A stretch of DNA of 63,960 bases, the filler included, from Octopus bimaculoides (lineage: Eukaryota), in NCBI RefSeq assembly GCF_001194135.2. It is 6 parts of 4 records of this genome, joined end to end, with 100 filler letters (N's around TTAATTAATTAA, not from the genome) between each part and the next. Parts side by side here need not be neighbours in the genome. Positions count along the whole stretch, not along the records: positions 1 to 23,831 come from NC_068982.1; 5 more parts are not named here. One strand, written 5' to 3'. The translations under genes and the position numbers were made by a program. The notes under the pieces were generated by a model. That model searched no databases, was not told the origin of the DNA, and saw only the letters and a program-made list of their open reading frames with translations. Below, piece after piece: positions 11,961 through 23,810 of this stretch (positions within the stretch are counted from its first letter, which is position 1; each line of letters begins with the position of its first letter).

Positions 11961-13334
11961 TGGAGAAAAACTGGCGTGTCTGGATTAACGTTTGCATATA
12001 TTGAATTGACTTGAAGGGAGTAAGTGGTTGGAGACAAGGGTTGCAAGGGAGACAACAATAACTTAGCTAAAGAGTGTGTGCGCAACCATGGGTGTGTGTC
12101 TGAAATATGTACATATGTATATGTGTGTAAGTACGAGCGCATGTATATATGTGTGTGAGTATGAGAATCGTGTAAGCTTGCGTACATGTACTTATAGGAA
12201 CGTGCATGTGTATTCATGTGTGTATGTGTGTGAGTAAAGAAACGAACGCATCTGCAGGGTGATGTATGCATGTGTGGCCGAAGATTTTTGCACGGCACTG
12301 TATATATATATGACACCAACCTGGCAACATATAAGTATATACGTAAAGGTATTTATCTATGTTAATTTACGTGTGTGTATACCATTGTACCTCTGTATTC
12401 ATATTATCTTGGCTTGTCTTACAAATACAAATCTGTTAAACACAATATAATAGATTAAATAGCGAGAGAATAAACAACAATATCTCTTCTATCACTTTCC
12501 ATAGATAGGGAAAATAGATTCCGAAAGTATTTGATATTCTGGTATGAATAACATTTTATATCAGATGCTTATTTTTCTCTTTACTCCATGTGTATTTCTT
12601 GGGAAAATGATAAAATCTGGCAATTTCAATTTATAGGATATTTTCGATGTTTCATCAACTATTTTTTTAACAATGACCTCAAACATTACTAGTCGATTAT
12701 CATGTTTGCATGGCATGTGTAAAACCTTGTGTACTGATGTTTTCATGTTTATCATAAGTCAATTTCGTAACTGTATCGTAATATGACTGCGTTAAATTAA
12801 ATTCGACACGCTGTTGTTGCACGTCGCTGTTTTTCGTTTTTCTTCTTGTCGTTGTTGTTATTGTTGCTTTTCTTGTCACTTGAATACTTATTCAGAATCA
12901 TGCTAGGATTTTATTACTTTTGTTGCTATTGTTGAAATTGCTGTTGTTTACTCGTTGAAGAGTAAGTGTATGTGCTACTCTGGTTCTCCCTCTACGAGAT
13001 AATTTAGATGAAACATAAATTATTACGGGAATGAATAAACTCCGTTATTAAGTGTGTATTTTTACAAGGCGTCTTCTTTGCTCCGTGGACTCTATCTTCT
13101 CCGACATCTGAGGTTCGAAACCACATACCAAAGAAATATTCATTGCAGTTGCTCATCTTGCAACAAATAGCTGCGAAATTAGACGGCTTCATAAAATTAA
13201 TGTAGCTTGGACACTTTTAAAAAGAGAGAATAGGTAATATGGGACCATCTTTAATCTGATGACTGCTCAACTCGATTATAACCGACATTTTATTGCACAT
13301 CAATAAAGATAGTAATTATTTATTGTGACCCTAA

Positions 13335-13450
13335 GGTGGATAGCTGGCATAATTGTTAGCAACACTAGATAAAAGGCTTAGCAATATTTCCTCGTGTTTA
13401 CGTTCTGATTTCAAATTCCATTGAGGTGAACATTGCCTTTCATCCTTTCT
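13335..13450 (+). mobile_element. tRNA-derived SINE, family B (fragment)
   Basis: ggtggatagctggcataattgttagca...ttcaaattcc...gcctttcatccttt, similar to 41790-41905. Confidence 0.65.
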
Positions 13451-13459
13451 GTGACACGA

Positions 13460-13680
13460 AGAGATGCTGAAAAATCGGGTATGGAAAAGCGGCGACTACC
13501 TTTCTCTGTGGGATGAAGTTAAAATAATAGACAGAGAACACCACTGGGAAATATGAAAACTAAAAGCGGCAGCACGTATGCTAGGACTCACCAGCCTCCT
13601 AAGCAGACCTATTGCAGATATGAATATCATGTGGGAATCGGTATTAAGGAAGGATACAAAAATATTAGGATTATAAGCTA
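13460..13680 (+). pseudogene. 3' end of a Penelope/Poseidon-type GIY-YIG ORF
   Basis: EKSG... then DYLSLWDEVKIIDREHHWEI*KLKAAARMLGLTSLLSRPIADMNIMWESVLRK, matching the Penelope EN tail W+.VKI+D.E..W..R..KE....LL.R. Confidence 0.75.
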
Positions 13681-13705
13681 TAAAATTCACTCTATAATTG
13701 CTTAC

Positions 13706-13775
13706 GGGCATATAGCGTAATGGTAAAGAGCGCGGTCTACTAACCCCCAGATTCCGAATTCAATTCCAGGCAGTG
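13706..13775 (+). promoter_or_regulatory. tRNA-like sequence with Pol III A box and degenerate B box
   Basis: A box TAGCGTAATGG (fits TRGCNNARYGG); B-like GAATTCAATTCC (GTTCGATTCC in the 43188-43198 copy); CTACTAA anticodon-like loop. No intact acceptor stem or CCA. Confidence 0.7.
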
Positions 13776-13880
13776 TCTTCAATAAATAAATAAATAAATA
13801 ACAATAATAATAATAATAATAACCTCAGCAAAAAATACCACAGGAATGAGAACACAGGGTTGGGTTCAAAATTCTACCTG

Positions 13881-13926
13881 GACACCTGATGAAGGCTGGG
13901 GAGTTAATCAGCCGAAACGTTGTTGT
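13881..13926 (+). ncRNA. Type I minimal hammerhead ribozyme motif
   Basis: GACAC CTGATGA A GGCTG-N10-CAGCC GAA ACGT T GTTGT: canonical core with one extra A, 5-bp stem II, palindromic ACGT stem III, slightly disrupted stem I. Confidence 0.75.
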
Positions 13927-15110
13927 AACAACAACCAAGATGAGGACACATAACAACAACCAAGATGAGGAAAATAATGTACAGGATTCCTCATCTCTAA
14001 AATATAGAACAGTAAATATTGCTCGGTTCATCTTAATATATTTTTCCGGGATCGTAAACAAATTAAGAGGTATTTCGTGAAATTATATATATATAAAATT
14101 TCACGAAATACCTCTTAATTTGTTTACGATCCCGGAAAAATATATTAAGATGAACCGAGCAATATTTACTGTTCTATATTTTAGNNNNNNNNNNNNNNNN
14201 NNNNNNNNNNNNNNNNNNNNNNNNNNNNNNNNNNNNNNNNNNNNNNNNNNNNNNNNNNNNNNNNNNNNNNNNNNNNNNNNNNNNNNNNNNNNNNNNNNNN
14301 NNNNNNNNNNNNNNNNNNNNNNNNNNNNNNNNNNNNNNNNNNNNNNNNNNNNNNNNNNNNNNNNNNNNNNNNNNNNNNNNNNNNNNNNNNNNNNNNNNNN
14401 NNNNNNNNNNNNNNNNNNNNNNNNNNNNNNNNNNNNNNNNNNNNNNNNNNNNNNNNNNNNNNNNNNNNNNNNNNNNNNNNNNNNNNNNNNNNNNNNNNNN
14501 NNNNNNNNNNNNNNNNNNNNNNNNNNNNNNNNNNNNNNNNNNNNNNNNNNNNNNNNNNNNNNNNNNNNNNNNNNNNNNNNNNNNNNNNNNNNNNNNNNNN
14601 NNNNNNNNNNNNNNNNNNNNNNNNNNNNNNNNNNNNNNNNNNNNNNNNNNNNNNNNNNNNNNNNNNNNNNNNNNNNNNNNNNNNNTATATATATATATAT
14701 ATATATAGATAGATAGATAGATAGATATGTAGATATATATATAATATGTGTGTGTGTATCTATGTATTGAAATGTTTCTGGTTCTGAGGGTGTCACATCT
14801 GGCGTGGCTGGAGTCCCAGCATTCTGAGTTCTTTTATAGGGCTTAGAAGAACGGAAGGACGCTGCAATAAGGGAGGGGAATATGTTGAATAAAATCCTAA
14901 TTAACTGATCCCCCTGTATTTTCTTTTACCCAAGCAAGAAACTTCGTATATGTATGTACGTATGTATGTATGTATGTATGTATGTATGTATGTATGTATG
15001 TATGTATGCGTGTATGTATGTATGTATGTATGTATGAAAAAATATATATGAAAAAAAAGAAAAAAATGCATTGTAATTAAACAGTGACAGATAAAAAAAC
15101 GTTTACGCAT

Positions 15111-15180
15111 ACTGAGGGAACAACTGGACGGGAGACAGACAGTCCAGATAATCTGTCTCTCGTCCGGTTGTTCCCTCAGT
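15111..15180 (+). other. 70-nt near-perfect hairpin (29-bp stem)
   Basis: ACTGAGGGAACAACTGGACGGGAGACAGA / TCTGTCTCTCGTCCGGTTGTTCCCTCAGT with two non-Watson-Crick positions. Confidence 0.9.
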
Positions 15181-15262
15181 GTAAGTATACTTTGTTATTT
15201 GTCGGTGTTTATTTACAATGCACTTTTCCTACGCACGCACACCTGACATTCTTTTAACAGTA

Positions 15263-15322
<60 letters not shown>

Positions 15323-15399
15323 TATTTATACATCATATCATATTCGTTCCTATAGTTCATTCGTTGTATAGAATTATAAATATTACCACGAAGACATTT

Positions 15400-15670
15400 A
15401 TTTTTTGACAAGCACTCGCAAACTAGAATGTTAAAGGCATTCAGTATATGATTATGCATTGGATAACAATTTGTCTTTGGGTTTTGTGTGTGAAGCACAT
15501 GAATTCAAGGTGAAGGTGACGTCATCGAACTATGCGATACTGTGCTTCGGCGTGATCTTGCAATTTCAGTGGAGAACACGACCACAGCTACTGGAGCTGA
15601 GCTAGAACTTTTGTTGCTATATATAGAAAATAGCAAACAGAACATTTGTTGGTGTGTGCTAAGGCTTGCC
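15400..15670 (+). repeat. Diverged interspersed repeat, second copy at ~20000-20250
   Basis: Shared blocks aaaggcattc, tgacgtcatcg(a/g)acta, gtgat(c/t)ttgca, tt(g/a)ttgctata(t/c)atag. Confidence 0.6.
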
Positions 15671-16456
15671 AGCGTCAAATTAATTTCGTAAAGGCCCGAA
15701 AAGCATTTAGTATCAACATGAGGATGTGTGCGGTTATTTCTAAAACCTTCTCAGAAGCTAGAACGTGAAAAGCGTTAGGTGCATGATTTTTGTCCCGGAG
15801 AAAATTTTCACTATCGTATCTGTGTATATAAAACCTATCTCAATGAACTCCCAGTGATGTTATTAAGGTACCAGAAATCTTCTTTCGTTGGGATTTCACC
15901 TACTCAGTTTTAGACGCCGTCTCATCATTTGGAGCTTACCAAAATTTTTGTTTCTACATATACAAACTTTGAAAACAGCAATGAATACAACAGCATATAA
16001 GTTGATACATTAGAATAAAATAATGATCTGTATAACGATTATAATGTATATTCAAAATTAATGCGGTGCTGCGTGTAACATTTTGTCTCGGAGATAGTTC
16101 TCTTAAAAACATATCTGACTCAAGATAGTGTCAGCGGGTTATCAGTTTTCACAGAATTACTCGACACTGATAATCATAAACGAAGCAGAAACGTTGGGTT
16201 CTAACGATCCATTGACAATGTTCTGTGTAATCTATATTTTTAACATTCAAAATGTCTTAGGAACGTTTCTCTATAAAATATCACAGTTAACTCATTTATA
16301 CGTATGTATATGTATGTCATTATTCAGTTTGTTTCAACATTTCTTACCAATAGAGAAAGAACCGGTTTCTAACCTGGATCCAAGGCTACTTCATTGGAAT
16401 CAACAACAGGGTATGTATGTATGTATGTATGTATGTATGTATGTATGTATGTATGT

Positions 16457-19291
16457 GCAGGTTTTCATGTTTTATATGTATATTTTCATGCATATGGTTG
16501 CATATCTAGACATGTTCATATATATCTAAATGATAAACTTCTGGAAAGTTTTACAAATTTTTACCGTTCCGGTGATGGATTGGATCTGTAATCTTCGAAT
16601 TAGCTTTCTGTTTTCTGACTTTGAGAAGCCTAATTTATCAAGATTGGTATTTAGGCAGTATGTTACATACCCCGGGGCCACAACAATTACAGGTATAAAC
16701 CTCAAATTGTAATTTGGATAGAGTAACTACAGATTTCGCAATAGTTTAGCATAGGTGTTCTCTTTTTCAATGATCTTCAGCTTTATGTTAACATCTGCTG
16801 AGCAGCTAATTTCCACAATTGTGCACAATTTCTCTTCTCTATCCCAAATTAGTATATCAGGTCTGTTTTGCTTACATTTTATTGAGGTCTTCACTGGTAC
16901 ATTCCACCAGTATTCTTTTTCATTGTGAGTGGTTATAGCTTCTATTACATTGTGGGTTCTTATTATTTTGCCCTCGGGATTATCCTTCCGACGGATTTCA
17001 TTATAAAGTGTCCTAGATACAACATTATGTCTCATCGGTAGATAATAGCCTGATGACATTTTCGGACAACTGTTTATAATGCGCGTGATATCTTCCACAA
17101 AATCTGCATTGGTTGTCACATTTTACAGCTTTTCCTGTATTTCTATCCCTTGCATCAGATACTTGGTTGATATTTCCTGTTCCTGGATTGCAAATGCATA
17201 CCCTTGAAAGTTGGAGGTAGTAATCCGGCTCTTCGTCCATGATAAGCTGCTTTGATGATCAATATTACTATCATCACGTAGAATTCTACTAACATAAACA
17301 TGCATCATCTTCTGCTCATATAGGCTCATCTTTACATCTGATGATACGTTGCGGTAGAATCGTGCGGCTTCTTTGGGCATGCATTCTAGGTTATCAGACA
17401 AAGTGTGTTGCTCAAGGAGTTGCCTTCCAAGTCTAATGATGTTATCAGCCTGCAAACTTGTTCAAGGGATGCACTTCGAAATTTAGTGGTTAGATGTTAC
17501 TGAAGGTATAAGATTCGAAATTCAAAGGCATTTTGGATCGATGTTAAGCTTCTGCCACCTTGTTTTCGTTTTAGGTAGAGGTAGTCTACGTCAATGTTTA
17601 TGTGGAAATTATGTATGCTTGTTAGTATTTTTCGGGTTTTTTCAACAACAGCTTGGAGTTTATCAAGCATCCAATCAAGCAGTCCAAATGCTGATATGGG
17701 TACTGGCCCTGCAAACACATTGTGGACCACTGTTTTATTGAATGCAGAGAGTTCTGAGGTGCTTAGGTGCTTTTTTTCTTTATTGGGCTGTGATATCCTT
17801 TAGGGACATGTATTTTGGTACAGGTACCATTTATCCTGACCAAACCCCAACCTTAAATCCTTTGAAATGCTGTAACTATGTCAAGGCTCTTTTTCACCTC
17901 ATACTTTTCCTTTGCATAAAGTCTTAATTCATCCACAAAGAAACAGTGTGTAATTTTGGTATTTCTGTATCTATGTCAACCAGTGAGATATCCTTCAGAC
18001 TTCCTTAACATGAATGGCAAGGGGTTTACAGAAAGTATAAACAACATCACAGAGAGGCTGTTTCCTTGGGATATGCCTGTGCAATATTGTATTCTGTCTG
18101 TGATAATACAATCACTCTTTGTGTTTAATTTAAAGACGGTGGCCCGCAATGAAGTCAGGTCAGCTATGGCTTTGACTTCTTCTCACTGGAACTTTAGCAA
18201 GTTGAAGGGCTTCTAGCATCCATGAGTGGGGAATAGAGTCAAAGGCTTTCTTGCAGTCTAGCCACATCGAAACTAAGTTCCTCCTATGCTTTCGCACCTT
18301 CTGATATCACAGTTTTGTTGATAAACTATTGCTCACACATCCCCAGACTCCCTTCTTCCCAGCTGCTTGTTATTCTTTGATAATGTTATTGGTTTCCCAA
18401 TGGTACTGGAGGAAGAGGTTTAAACACGCTGTATATAACTTATATATTAAGTTCTGGCATGCAATTGGCCGGTAGTTTTTTTTTGGGGGGGGGGATGCAT
18501 GGGGGTGGTTCTGCATTTGGGGATCAATTTTGTCTCTGCCAGAGCTAACCACTGTGGTATGCTACTGTTCTCAATAAAAGCTTGCTGGTATACATTTATA
18601 AAGTATGGTCGGTAAAATGTTAGATTCTTGTACTAATATCCAATAATCAAGTCTCTTACAGGTGCTTTTCGATCCTGGAGTTTCTGGAACACAGTTGCAA
18701 GAGTTTCCCCATCAATGTTGTATATCTTATATGTAACGCATGTCTCTTTATACTGCTGCCTAGTTGCGGTTAAAGGTTTTGTATTTTGTTCTTCTCTCGG
18801 TTATTCTCTTCTGATGTCAATGTTTCATTGACAGCTTTTTGTCTCATGCTTGAGAGTAATCAGTTTGCAAGTGAGTATCCTTTTTTTGCTGTCTCCAAAC
18901 ACAATTTCTATCTCCTTATTTGGTGGGACGTATAGTGATTTGCTTGTTCGCATACAATAAGCATCATTATATGACTGATGGTCTTCCGTAAACCAGTTAT
19001 CTTTTTCTCTGTCTTCAAAACCCATGATGGTACTTTCCATTTTGCTTACTTTTTGAATATCATTCATGTACTGTTTTACAGTAGTGAACACATCATATAA
19101 ACAGTATGTGGGTTCAGCAAACTGTTGTAAATACTAATCACCAATTTCGTTAACAGCTTTTAATACCGTATCTGGTGATTTTTACTTACTTTGGAAGAGA
19201 ATACTCTTTCCTCGAGAGAGTACTTCAAAGCCAAAGTTATTTTTTCTCGGAAAATTTCACTAAGGGCAGATTTCACCGGCATATAATCCTG

Positions 19292-19353
<62 letters not shown>

Positions 19354-19855
19354 AGTAATCTTTGCGGTTGTGCCTGCTATTTGCCATAGTCGTAGAAGGG
19401 GGACAGTGGTCAGTTACTTGAGCCAGTAATGCAGTTTGGCTATCAGGCACTATGGAATCTGTCGGGCTTTGTTTCGCTTTTTCGTAGCAGTTAAATAGAT
19501 CATTATTCAATCCATAACTCCAAGAGAAATGAGTTTTGTAGTTACAGTTTCTTCTATAACTAGAGCTAGAAAGAATGTGTTTACCTATTGAACTGTTGTC
19601 TTCGTTCTATTCCTCGATTGTGTTGTTGATGTGTCCAGCCTTGTCGTTTGTAGTAACTCTCAGCATGCTAAATTCAAGTTTCAGTCGAAAATCAGTACGA
19701 TCGATAATAAAACGCTTCCTGGGTTAATTCATCGAAGATTAACCAGTTATTTAACAAGGTTGATAGTTGTGGCTCCAAAGCTGGAGATAGTATTCATCGT
19801 ATTTTCGATAGTCTCCCACGCCAAATACGCGACTTATCGCTTCCAGTAGTGTAAT
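16457..19855 (-). mobile_element. Near full-length degenerate R4/Dong-like non-LTR retrotransposon (RT, CCHC, restriction-like endonuclease)
   Basis: N-terminal WSYGLNNDLFNCYEKAK; RT NYRPIACQNLIYKLYT and LYLKRKQGGRSL; CRFCG...CPKM...MRHN zinc knuckle; NRPDILIWDREEKLCTIVEISC (RLE); C-terminus ...GTVKICKTF ends ~16526. Contains a (TAG)n insertion at ~19290-19352. Confidence 0.9.
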
Positions 19856-21173
19856 GTACATATGTATTTATGTATGTATGTATGTATGTATGTATGTATG
19901 TTTGTCTGTATGTGTTGAGGGAAAGAGAAAGAGAGAGAAATACAGAGAGATAAAGAGAGAGAGAGAGAGATGTATGCAATTGTTTTAACAGGCCCTCGTA
20001 CACTAGCACGTAAAAGGCATTCTATGTGGGATATTGTTTCGGATGAAAAAAATAAGACTCTCTCTAGAATTTGTGAGGACAAACACATCAAGCAGAACTG
20101 ACGTCATCGGACTACCAGACACGGTGATTGGGTGTGATTTTGCATCTCAGTGACGGATGCCGCCTAAGTATTTGCCTCTATGCAGGACTTTTATTGCTAT
20201 ACATAGTAAACGGCAAATGATAGATTTACTGGGGTGTGGAGTATAAACATACAGAGCAACGAAGATAAAAATTAAATATTAGTAGTTACCTGTTCTTAGA
20301 GCAGGGAGCAGAAGAATATGATACATACATAAGAAAAGGTTTAGCCACTCAGTCGTCTCGAAAATTCTCAGAATTTGGAGAATTTTTCTTAATGTTTAAC
20401 AACTTTTCTTGCATTTAAGATGTCATTCTACCAGTGATATTAATAGTTTTATTTATAAAAGCCTTTCAAACAAAATGTTGGAGATGCTCACATACATTAT
20501 CCTTATGATTTGAACACCGATTTCTGGAGTATATGAATTTTAAAAAGTACTACTAATAATAAAAATGACCACTTAATGCTGAAAAATAATTTAGAAATTA
20601 CACCTAAAATATTATTAATGTGATTTAAATAAACGTGACAATTATTTTGCCCTTCAGAAAATATAGAAGATTGCCAGCACCTGTAAACGCGCTATACACG
20701 CTTATACATAAGGAAAATGTTTACCGTATCCAATTAACTGCGAATACACTTGCATACAGTTAAACAGAAATGAATATTTAATGAAATACTTTGAGAAAAC
20801 TTCATATTTACTATAATAGCAGACATCTGTGACGAAGAATTTGCTAAAATTCTATTATTATATATACTTAAATTTCTGTATCGAGAGTTGAAGATGGCGG
20901 TGTCTTTTAAAATAATGTAAATCAAAGAGAAATATGTGGAGAATGCAAATATGATAGAGATAAAAAGAAGAAATTAATTTAAAAGCAAGTCAGCAAGACA
21001 ACTGACAAGCAAAAGAAATAAACTGAATGAGTAGTATGTCATATAAATAAAAAAGAGAAGAAAATATTACTTCAAGCAAGCCCTGTTCTATCACGACTAA
21101 TACATCGATAAGAGCGTTTCAGACAATAAGAAGCTGCTAATTCGCTTTTATAACACACAGCTACTACTACTAT

Positions 21174-21239
<66 letters not shown>

Positions 21240-21310
21240 ATCTGCTGCTGCTACTGCTGCAATGATTAGAATATATGAAAAATATCGACATGGTGCCAGT
21301 ATATATATAC

Positions 21311-21345
<35 letters not shown>

Positions 21346-21744
21346 TGTATGTATCGGTGTATATACACATAGACATACATATAAGTATGTGTATGTATTT
21401 AAGTGTGCGTGTTTGTGTGTGTGTGGGTGTGTGTGTTTGTACCAAATTCAATATGAACCGTATATCCGACTCAAGATTCGTCCTATGTGTGACGTTGGTG
21501 TAAATATAGGAACAGAAATGGGTTTAAAATTCATCTCAATTGTTTCGGTAGAATTTATTGATATATTCATAGGTTATATCATACTATAAATTTATCATAC
21601 TCAGATCAAATTTTAAACAGGTATAAGCAGGTGAGTAAAAGCTTAATGATGACCTGCCTATCCACACACCAACTCATTACATCTATATTCCCGAAGTGTT
21701 GAAATATTTGATTTCACATATACATACATACATGAATATATATG

Positions 21745-21789
<45 letters not shown>

Positions 21790-21870
21790 GCGCATACACA
21801 CACACATATATGTATAAATAAATAAATAAATAAATAGATTTAAACGTAGGTGTTATTCAAATCTTTATAC

Positions 21871-21953
21871 TTCCGACATATGTTTCGAAGAAAACATTGG
21901 TATTATTGCAGAAGGAAGAAAATGATGTAAAACAATCCGATCTTCTCAGGGAA
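21871..21953 (-). ncRNA. Hammerhead motif with long stem II and a 3-nt core deletion
   Basis: TTCC CTGA[---] GAAGA...TCTTC GAA ACATATGT C GGAA. Confidence 0.6.
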
Positions 21954-22228
21954 AAAATAAACCAATCATATCAATAAGACATTTTAGCAGAATGATGAAG
22001 GGAATGCTAGCAACTTATTAAAAAAAAACATTAATAGATATAACGTTCTGTATTTCTCCACTATTAGTTTTCTGCTAATTTCTTTCATTCTTCTCTTTCT
22101 ATAAATTGATTTTGTGATTATATCTGTTAACGGGTTTTTGAAACATAACTTACCAGCGTTCCCTTCATCATATACGCAGTCATCACATTCTGTAAAAATG
22201 TTTTATCGATGTGCTTGGTTTCTTTTTT

Positions 22229-22313
22229 CTCCCTGATGAGAAGATCGCATTGATTACATCATTTTATTCCTTCTGGAATAATACCAGTGTTTTCTTCGAA
22301 TCATATGTCGGAA
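22229..22313 (+). ncRNA. Hammerhead motif with long stem II and an A15.1-to-U substitution
   Basis: CTCC CTGATGA GAAGA...TCTTC GAA TCATATGT C GGAA. Confidence 0.65.
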
Positions 22314-22523
22314 GTATAAAAATTTGAATAACACTTGCGTTTAACTCCATTTATTTATTTATCTATGTAATACAAAACCATTTCACTTAACTCTGGAATT
22401 TTTACCTTTATAAGTAGGGTGTTACATCCTTGGTACTTATGTGAATTTTGGTTACCCTGGTAACTATTTATTTTTCCGCATTATTTGTACACATAAACAT
22501 GTGTGTGTGTAGGTGTGTGTGTG

Positions 22524-22555
<32 letters not shown>

Positions 22556-23074
22556 TGTATGTATGTATGTATGTATGTATGTATGTATGTAGGCAGGTAG
22601 ATAGGTAAGTAGGTAGGTATATATGTATATGTATATATGAGGGAGTATCAATCCGGAAAACTACCTTATAAGGTCTCTGTTGGCACACCAGGTTAACAAT
22701 ATTATTTAGATTAGTGAAGATCTCGAAGTATTCTTATGGCCGGTTCCAAGGTTATGGATAATCACAATTCTCTACTGTAAATCTGTGGATGGGCTCCAGA
22801 CAAACTGGCTTTTACACAGAGTGATATAGAAAACGAGTTAAAAATAACGGTCATTACATATTTTCACTTTAGTGAAGAAAATTTGGCTTACAGCTGTTTC
22901 CAGTAGACATCACGCGTACATTTCTGATGAGTTTATTCATCATGATGATGATATTAATGACTTTAACATTCAGACTGACAGAGTAATATAAGCTATAAGG
23001 CCTGGTTTAGCAGTAGTAGATAAAGGGAATAGAATGTGCAAGTAATGGACTTTGCAATCTCAAATCTTGAAAAA

Positions 23075-23378
23075 ATCAATATGAGAGGTATAGAAAAATA
23101 GCAAAGTGCCAGAAGCTCGCCAGTGAATTATAGAGACTATGGAAAGAGCGGATAAAATGTATCCCAGTAGCTATAGGTGCATTGGAAACTATCCCTAAAG
23201 ATCTGAACAGATGGATAGAGAAATTAGGCATGAAACCCAGTTTTGTACAGCCCCAGAAAGCAATGTTATTAGGGACATCTAGGATACTTAGGAGGGTCCT
23301 TGGCATCTAAGGTTACTTGTAGCCCGATGTTAGGATTGTTTTCTTTCCCAACAGTCTAATCTGTTGTGTGTAAATTAA
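23075..23378 (+). mobile_element. 3' end of an R4-like LINE (family 1)
   Basis: KCQKLASEL*RLWKERIKCIPVAIGALETIPKDLNRWIEKLG...QKAMLLGTSRILRRVLGI* followed by a UTR and (TAA)n. Confidence 0.85.
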
Positions 23379-23451
<73 letters not shown>

Positions 23452-23454
<3 letters not shown>

Positions 23455-23770
23455 GAAAAACTTTCAAAATACAAAGACCTGGAAATAGAGATAACTCGAA
23501 TGTGGAGTCTAAAAACAGAAACAATTCCTATCATAGTAGGTGCCTTAGGTATAATAAAAAAATATTCAGACAAATACATAACAAAAACACCAGGACTTAC
23601 AAATATATATAACATACAGAAAATTGCACTACTGGGTACTGCACACATTCTACGCAAAACACTTTCAATACAGTAAACATAAGAGCACCACAGCAAACCA
23701 CAGCACATACCCAAGGCGCACAGAGCTGCGCTCGGTAGTGAAGTGAAAGCACGTTATAAAAATAAAACTA

Positions 23771-23808
<38 letters not shown>
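23452..23808 (+). mobile_element. 3' end of an R4-like LINE (family 2) with (TAA)n tail
   Basis: EKLSKYKDLEIEITRMWSLKTETIPIIVGALGIIKK...QKIALLGTAHILRKTLSIQ*; starts and ends in (TAA)n. Confidence 0.88.

Positions 23809-23810
<2 letters not shown>

Larger units (their letters stand above)
21820..22365. mobile_element. Inverted-repeat element (~230 bp arms), probable inverted PLE pLTR pair
   Basis: 21820-22045 approximates the reverse complement of 22110-22365; both outer ends run into (TTTA)n. Confidence 0.85.

Noticed and set aside
13706-13775. Functional tRNA gene
   Set aside because: No complete acceptor stem, disrupted arms, and it is embedded in a repeat module; treated as tRNA-derived.
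14000-14184. Perfect ~85-bp inverted repeat centred on an AT run
   Set aside because: 100% identical arms ending exactly at a gap; most likely a fold-back read or assembly artefact. It needs long reads before being treated as real.
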